Virus record (IMG/VR): IMGVR_UViG_3300013426_000001
Span: 32,001 to 96,000 of that record
Strand: one strand, 5' to 3'
Length of the DNA: 64,000 bases
Origin: a virus
Lineage: Duplodnaviria; Caudoviricetes
Shown: positions 58,953 to 64,000 of the stretch, in pieces
Layout of the letters: every line of letters starts with the position of its first letter
How positions within the stretch are numbered: the stretch's first letter is position 1
The notes under the pieces: generated by a model
The model's database searches: none
The model's input: the letters and a program-made list of their open reading frames with translations, nothing else
What the model was told of the DNA's origin: nothing
Program-made: the position numbers and the translations under genes

Positions 58953-59648
58953 ATGAATATTTTTGAGAAAATCCAGGCGGTAAGAGTTGAACTCCGCCAC
59001 ACGAAACTTAAAATGAGCGGCAAAAATAAGTTCGCGAATTACGAATACATGGAACTCGACGACTTCCTTCCGACGCTCAACGAACTTATGTTTAAATATA
59101 AAATAACGGCAATCGCTTCGTTCACGAGGGAAAAAGCAATTCTCACGGCGATCGACTGCGAAAAGCCCGAAGACAGATATACGATTGAATCTCCGTTCGG
59201 GACGGCAGATCTCAAAGGCTGTCATGAAGTTCAGTGCATTGGCGCGGTTGAGACTTATCAGCGTCGTTACCTTTATCAGGCAATGTTCGACATCGCAGAG
59301 AGCGACGGTTTAAACAAGTCTCAGGGTGACCCGAGCAAACCCACTCCGAAGAAAACGGCTGAATTCCCGAGTCATACGGAAGAAGAGCCGCTTCCTGGCG
59401 AAGAGAACCCCGCCGCAAAGCCCGCTGAACCCGTTGATGAAAAAGACCCGAACGGCGCTGAAAGATGTGCGAAGATAAAGGAAGTTTTCAACGCAAAGAG
59501 AAAAGCGAAAGAGCTGACGACGGACACGCAGAAAGCGATTAAAAGGTTGTTGGTTGAAAATAGCGAAGATGGCGCGGGAATGTTGAACGAGAATTATTCG
59601 GCTGGGGTTTATGACCAACTTGAAGAATTACTCGGCATAAACAATTAA
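58953..59648 (+). CDS. ERF-family single-strand annealing protein
   Basis: KMSGKNKFANYEYMELDDFL...QCIGAVETYQRRYLY...DI.ESD. Confidence 0.85.
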   Translation: MNIFEKIQAVRVELRHTKLKMSGKNKFANYEYMELDDFLPTLNELMFKYKITAIASFTREKAILTAIDCEKPEDRYTIESPFGTADLKGCHEVQCIGAVETYQRRYLYQAMFDIAESDGLNKSQGDPSKPTPKKTAEFPSHTEEEPLPGEENPAAKPAEPVDEKDPNGAERCAKIKEVFNAKRKAKELTTDTQKAIKRLLVENSEDGAGMLNENYSAGVYDQLEELLGINN

Positions 59649-59679
59649 GACAAACTGCCATTTGGGTTTGCAATATGGG

Positions 59680-59712
59680 AAAGCGTAGAGAGTAAAATTT
59701 CTGCGCTTTTCT
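59680..59712 (+). terminator. Rho-independent terminator
   Basis: AAAGCGTAGAGA-GTAAAA-TTTCTGCGCTTT-TCT. Confidence 0.65.
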
Positions 59713-59723
59713 CAACTAAACAC

Positions 59724-59753
59724 TTGACAAAACATATTTTGATATGCTATAAT
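59724..59753 (+). promoter_or_regulatory. sigmaA promoter P11
   Basis: TTGACA-N18-TATAAT, TGn. Confidence 0.8.
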
Positions 59754-59779
59754 AAGCGTGTAAATCGGAGGTAGAAATT

Positions 59780-60019
59780 ATGGAGCTTAAAAATGCAAAG
59801 AAACTTATTAAAAAAATAGGAGTTAAATCATGGTTTGAGGCGGGCATTAATGTCGTCAAAGTAGGAGATAAGTTGCTTGATCCTACCGATACATTTTCAA
59901 GACTTGATTTTTACACGAAGCGTGGCGGCGTTAAATTCTGCGAAGAAAAGGAACTCAAAATCCCGTGCGGAGAAATCGAACTCAATAACGGCGCGTTTTT
60001 GCGTTATAATGTGTTGTAA
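59780..60019 (+). CDS. Hypothetical protein
   Basis: GGAGG RBS after P11. Confidence 0.5.
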   Translation: MELKNAKKLIKKIGVKSWFEAGINVVKVGDKLLDPTDTFSRLDFYTKRGGVKFCEEKELKIPCGEIELNNGAFLRYNVL

Positions 60020-60032
60020 GGAAGGTTTTGTA

Positions 60033-60554
60033 ATGATAGATAGCCAAAAAGTTTTATACAGTGCGGGCGCGAATGACGAATGTTACACTCCTGCGTACGG
60101 AGTCAAACCAATTCTTAAATATATACCCAAAGACTGGGTTGTTTGGTGCCCGTTTGACACGGAGGATAGCGAATATGTTAAACTTATACGCGCAAACGGG
60201 AACAAAGTAATCGCGTCGCACATTTCCAAAGGGCACGATTTTTACACCTTTGAGCCGAGTGAGCACTGGGATTGTATAATCAGCAATCCTCCGTTCGGTG
60301 GGAAAAGGCATATCTTCGAACGCACATTGAGTTTTGAGAAGCCATTCGCGTTATTGATGTCGCTCACGTGGCTGAATGATTCCGCGCCCAAACAATTATT
60401 TATGGAAAAAGATTTACAACTGCTTATGTTCGATAAGCGGATAAAATTCCTCAACGACGGCGAAGTGCAGAATAAAATCACATTTAGTAGCGCGTATTAC
60501 TGCTGGAATTTTCTTCCCAAACAGATTATTATGGAGAAACTGGAATGCAAGTGA
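60033..60554 (+). CDS. Small adenine-specific DNA methyltransferase-like protein
   Basis: DECYTP, VWCPFD, DF...WDCIISNPPF. Confidence 0.75.
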   Translation: MIDSQKVLYSAGANDECYTPAYGVKPILKYIPKDWVVWCPFDTEDSEYVKLIRANGNKVIASHISKGHDFYTFEPSEHWDCIISNPPFGGKRHIFERTLSFEKPFALLMSLTWLNDSAPKQLFMEKDLQLLMFDKRIKFLNDGEVQNKITFSSAYYCWNFLPKQIIMEKLECK

Positions 60555-61078
60555 AATGTCAAATTTGCGGTAAATCAATCGACCGCTCAACTGCATATAA
60601 AGCCGTGATTGGCGGTGCGAATAAATATTTCTGCTCGGAAGAAGAATTCAACGCCGACAAAGCTCGCAAAGACCACGCGAAAGAAGTTCTCGAAACAATA
60701 GCAGAATGTTATCAATACTGCTCGGGTTATGGCGAGCCGCCGTATAACGTGGTTGGGAAAGAACTTAAAGATAACCTGAAAGCAATCGATGTTGAAGTGA
60801 TTTACCAATTTGTAAAAGAAAACCGCGAAAAGCTTAAAAAGACGGTCGACAAAAAAATCGAACGAGACGGACCGTTCGGGCAAGTTTATTTCGCGTTTCG
60901 GTATATCAGTGGGATAATTAAGCGAGAGATTCTCGAAAAAGATTGGAAGGCGAAACAAATTGCGCCCACAATTCAAAAAACGGGGATTGACTTGAATTTT
61001 TATAATATTAAACCGAACACAAACCACTTAAAAAAAAGACGTTCGTTAGACGACTTGGAGGACGAGGTAAATGATTAA
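60545..61078 (+). CDS. Zinc-finger protein upstream of DnaB (possible helicase partner)
   Basis: VKCQICGK...YFCSEEE; coupled to the helicase. Confidence 0.5.
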   Translation: MQVKCQICGKSIDRSTAYKAVIGGANKYFCSEEEFNADKARKDHAKEVLETIAECYQYCSGYGEPPYNVVGKELKDNLKAIDVEVIYQFVKENREKLKKTVDKKIERDGPFGQVYFAFRYISGIIKREILEKDWKAKQIAPTIQKTGIDLNFYNIKPNTNHLKKRRSLDDLEDEVND

Positions 61079-62642
61079 CAAAGAGGCTTTTATTGCTGGA
61101 GTATGTGACAAGATAGACGAAAGGCTTCTTGAAGACCGCGTTACAGTTGAAGGGAACGCCGTCTCGATCTTTTTACAAGATTTGACGAATTACAACGATA
61201 TCAATTACAAACCTGAAGATTTTCTAACGAAAGACGGGCGGTTCCTTTTTTGCGTAGGAAAGTCGCTTCGTGATTTGGGATATAATTACCTCGATGAAGT
61301 GACGATTATGTCGAAATGCTCGCAGGAAATCAAAGATAGGATTTCCGCACTCGGCGGTTATAAGACAATTCAGCACCTTCTCGATGTCGTAAATGCCGAA
61401 AACGCCGATGCTATTCTTGATGATTTGACGAAAAGCAATATTTTGGTCAAGCTTTATAAAAGCGGTTTCAATCTTTTCGATGAAGTAACACTCGATAACG
61501 GCAAGCGTATTTCACCGTTCAAGTTGTTTAGAAATTTCACCTCGACAGAAGTTCTCGATTGGTACGACGCAAAAATCAGCGGATTAAGCAAGGTGAATAA
61601 TAACCAAATCATTTACGACGAATACGTCGACTTCGGCGAGAAGTTCATCTCGGATTTACAGAACAACGTCGACAGCGGTGTCTCGTTCGCAGACGCGGGC
61701 GAAGACATAAACGGCGACAAAATCAGCGTCGCGCCCTTTTTGAGTAGTAATATACTCGGTCTTGCGCCTGGAACATTAAGCCTTTTCGGCGGGTTCAGTG
61801 GCGTTGGCAAAACGACTTATATGGTCGGGGTGATTATGGCACTCATTTCGCAGGGGAAGAAGGTTCTCGTCCTCGAAAACGAGATTATGAAGAACAAACT
61901 TTACCTCATGATTTTCAGTTGGTTCATTTCCCGTTATATGGGATATCAGAAACTCCCGAAGAAAAAGCTTGAATCGGGTGTTTATACCGACGAAGAGAAA
62001 AAGGTAATTACCGAAGCCGAAAAACAGTGGAAAGAAAAATTTGCGGATAAATTGCGTGTTGTCGGTTTATCGTCGGCAAACTCGAAGTTAAGTTCTCAAA
62101 TCATCAAAAACTCGGTTCTCCGTTCGGGGTTCGACGTCTTTATCGTCGATACGTTCAAACTCGACGATAGTGCGGACATAAACGGCGCGTTGTGGCAAGT
62201 AATGAAGAATAACATCAGCGAACTCGAAGGGCTGACGAAGAAGTATGGAGTAATCGGTTTGGCGACGGTTCAGTTGACAAACAACGACTTAAAGAGGTTG
62301 TGGCTCGATTCAAGTTGTCTCGGAACATCAAAAGGTATAAAAGAAGTGTGTTCTAACCTAATTTTGCTCAGAAAGCTTGGGGGAGATTTAGAGTTAATTA
62401 ACGGCTCGGATATTTACTGCCGCCCATTCCGTTCGAAAAAGAATGAGCAGGGCGACTGGATAGAAGAACCTTATGACGCAGACCCAAGCAAAGTTTGGAG
62501 AGTTCTTTTCATAGATAAATCACGTTCTGGACCTGACAGCGGCGATACGGGTGTAGCGTATTTGTTGAGATATGACGGAGATCATTGCTCGTTTTATGAG
62601 ACGGCAAAGTGCCGCCCTGTTAGGAAAATCATAAACGGATAA
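61071..62642 (+). CDS. Replicative DNA helicase (DnaB-like)
   Basis: Walker A GFSGVGKTT, ENE, FIVDTFK, TVQL, DKSRSG. Confidence 0.85.
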   Translation: MINKEAFIAGVCDKIDERLLEDRVTVEGNAVSIFLQDLTNYNDINYKPEDFLTKDGRFLFCVGKSLRDLGYNYLDEVTIMSKCSQEIKDRISALGGYKTIQHLLDVVNAENADAILDDLTKSNILVKLYKSGFNLFDEVTLDNGKRISPFKLFRNFTSTEVLDWYDAKISGLSKVNNNQIIYDEYVDFGEKFISDLQNNVDSGVSFADAGEDINGDKISVAPFLSSNILGLAPGTLSLFGGFSGVGKTTYMVGVIMALISQGKKVLVLENEIMKNKLYLMIFSWFISRYMGYQKLPKKKLESGVYTDEEKKVITEAEKQWKEKFADKLRVVGLSSANSKLSSQIIKNSVLRSGFDVFIVDTFKLDDSADINGALWQVMKNNISELEGLTKKYGVIGLATVQLTNNDLKRLWLDSSCLGTSKGIKEVCSNLILLRKLGGDLELINGSDIYCRPFRSKKNEQGDWIEEPYDADPSKVWRVLFIDKSRSGPDSGDTGVAYLLRYDGDHCSFYETAKCRPVRKIING

Positions 62643-62672
62643 AAAAAATTTAAAAAAACCTCATAAAAACGC

Positions 62673-62701
62673 TTGACAAACAAAACAAGATGTGTTATAA
62701 T
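62673..62701 (+). promoter_or_regulatory. sigmaA promoter P12
   Basis: TTGACA-N17-TATAAT, TGn. Confidence 0.85.
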
Positions 62702-62726
62702 AAATGCGTAAATTGGAGGTAAGGTT

Positions 62727-62861
62727 ATGGCAAGTTTATTTATCGCAGATTTCTTTTTAACAGTCGGGTTTATTCTCGGAATTAAAATTTGGATGAAGAG
62801 AACGGGCGATACCTTCCAAGAAGTTTGTATGAAAATAAGAGACGCGATTATGCGTAAATAA
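62727..62861 (+). CDS. Small membrane protein (44 aa, not in ORF track)
   Basis: GGAGG RBS after P12; MASLFIADFFLTVGFILGIKIW... Confidence 0.5.
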   Translation: MASLFIADFFLTVGFILGIKIWMKRTGDTFQEVCMKIRDAIMRK

Positions 62862-62870
62862 GGAGAAAAG

Positions 62871-63068
62871 ATGTTACCTGAAAGTATTAGAGATAGAGTT
62901 GTCGAAGAGCAGAACGAACTTCGCGACAGAATCACAAAACTTGCTTTGTTTGTTTACTCGGCGAAAATCGAAACCGTCGACGAAAAGCAAGTGAGATTGC
63001 TCAAACGTCAACTTCGTATTATGAGTGAATATGACGAAGTTCTGACAGAGCGGCTCAAAGCAGACTAA
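62871..63068 (+). CDS. Small helical phage protein (crAss001_48-like)
   Basis: RVVEEQNELRDRITKL..F...LLKRQLRIMSEY.EVL..RL. Confidence 0.6.
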   Translation: MLPESIRDRVVEEQNELRDRITKLALFVYSAKIETVDEKQVRLLKRQLRIMSEYDEVLTERLKAD

Positions 63069-63069
63069 A

Positions 63070-63765
63070 ATACAGGTGCCGAATACCAGAGACGTCGGGT
63101 CAAAAGGTCGGTTAAATGCGGGATTATGCAAGCCTGAGAAAGCAACAACCTCTGAATTGGTGTAAGTGTGTATTAACACCGCCAGGATACGGCGGTATCC
63201 ATGTAAGCAGGAAGTTGCAGGGGTCAACTAAAGGCGGCGGCTCGTTAAGCCGTGTAGCAACCCCTCAAAAACTCTATAATTGCACAGCGGATTGTAGATA
63301 ATGGTGCGGCGCCAACAAGCCGAAATCAATGCAGTACGTAAGGGACTGATGGTTTACTGAGAAACAGAAAATCTCAAAGCTGTAAAAATATTTTAATAGG
63401 TGCTACGAAATCCTCTTAATTATACAAGAGCACTTAAAGTGTGACTTGCTTGCGTAATGACTTAAAGAACCTCGTTGAGTAGAGGTGGTCAGGGTTTAGT
63501 ATCGAGGGAAAGGCGGTAGTAAATGGAGTTGGACGAACAGCCTATATAGAGTTGATGGTGTAAAAATCTCTTAAAACCATCTTACGGAAAGATCCCCAAA
63601 AGGGACTGCGGGCGTTACGATTTTTTCCAGCGCCCACCGCTGACCAACATGCGGGATATAAGTGGCTGGGTCGACAAGTATCAAAAACAGGAATAACTCG
63701 AACTGTTTAGTTCCATCTCGGCTGGACGAGAGGTTTCTCCCCAAAGTACACGGGGATAGGGTTAT
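63070..63765 (+). ncRNA. Large structured non-coding RNA candidate (GOLLD/ROOL-like)
   Basis: ~700 nt without a credible gene, with many hairpins and long-range helices, directly upstream of a tRNA. Confidence 0.55.
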
Positions 63766-63769
63766 ATGT

Positions 63770-63858
63770 GGAAACTTGCGAGAGTTGGTTTAATCGACTG
63801 GTCTTGAAAACCAGCGACCGTAAAAGGTCCGTCAGTTCAAATCTGACAGTTTCCGCCA
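63770..63858 (+). tRNA. tRNA-Ser (anticodon UGA)
   Basis: Acceptor GGAAACT/AGTTTCC + G + CCA; anticodon arm CTGGT-CTTGAAA-ACCAG; long variable arm GACC/GGTC; T-arm GTCAG-TTCAAAT-CTGAC. Confidence 0.95.
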
Positions 63859-64000
63859 CTCGCACGGCTTTATTGATTCCCTGAGCGAGGAAAAGCGAAT
63901 CAATCGACAAACACGTCGTTAGAGTGTTCACTGTGCAGGTATCAGATTGGTTAGTATTACCTGTCGGATTGGTGTTTATCCGTCAATGAGGTGCAAACTC

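Noticed and set aside
63116-63301. 61-aa ORF in the terminal non-coding region
   Set aside because: No RBS, atypical composition, and it lies within the dense hairpin region better explained as RNA.
409-63931. Numerous minus-strand and nested ORFs in the track
   Set aside because: They are antisense shadows or alternative frames of well-supported + strand genes or RNAs, with no RBS or recognisable motifs.
1-64000. Genome-wide stop-codon reassignment
   Set aside because: Standard code gives dense, full-length genes, and TAA, TGA and TAG all end genes; the single in-frame TAA at 55280 is an isolated case.

Overview
The window is a 64 kb segment of a large tailed dsDNA phage or prophage. A Bacillota host is inferred from GGAGG Shine-Dalgarno sites, consensus sigmaA promoters and an SPbeta-like primase/DnaE/DnaB replication set. 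Essentially all real genes are on the + strand. Positions 1-28.5 kb are the virion tail module: a chain of paralogous tail-fibre proteins, a holin, a 3462-aa tape-measure protein with an N-terminal PD-(D/E)XK nuclease domain, and tail-tip/baseplate genes, ending in a strong terminator. Positions 28.6-63.1 kb are an early/replication and accessory region driven by 12 near-perfect TTGACA-N17/18-TATAAT promoters. It encodes primase, an HNH-AP2 endonuclease, DnaE, a Cas4/AddB-like nuclease, a solo TnpB, a vWA + divergent PurA-like operon, YopX, two DNA methyltransferases, RuvC, an HNH-SF2 helicase, a DenV-like glycosylase, SSB-like and ERF proteins, DnaB, and many small ORFs. Positions 63.1-64 kb hold a ~700-nt highly structured non-coding stretch (GOLLD/ROOL-like candidate) and tRNA-Ser(UGA). 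The most striking unexplained signal is a palindrome, AATAAAA-N6-TTTTATT. I found 13 copies, at gene junctions: the left arm usually overlaps or abuts a stop codon and the right arm usually precedes an RBS or promoter. It divides the accessory region into cassette-like units. All annotation is by eye from motifs; no searches were run.
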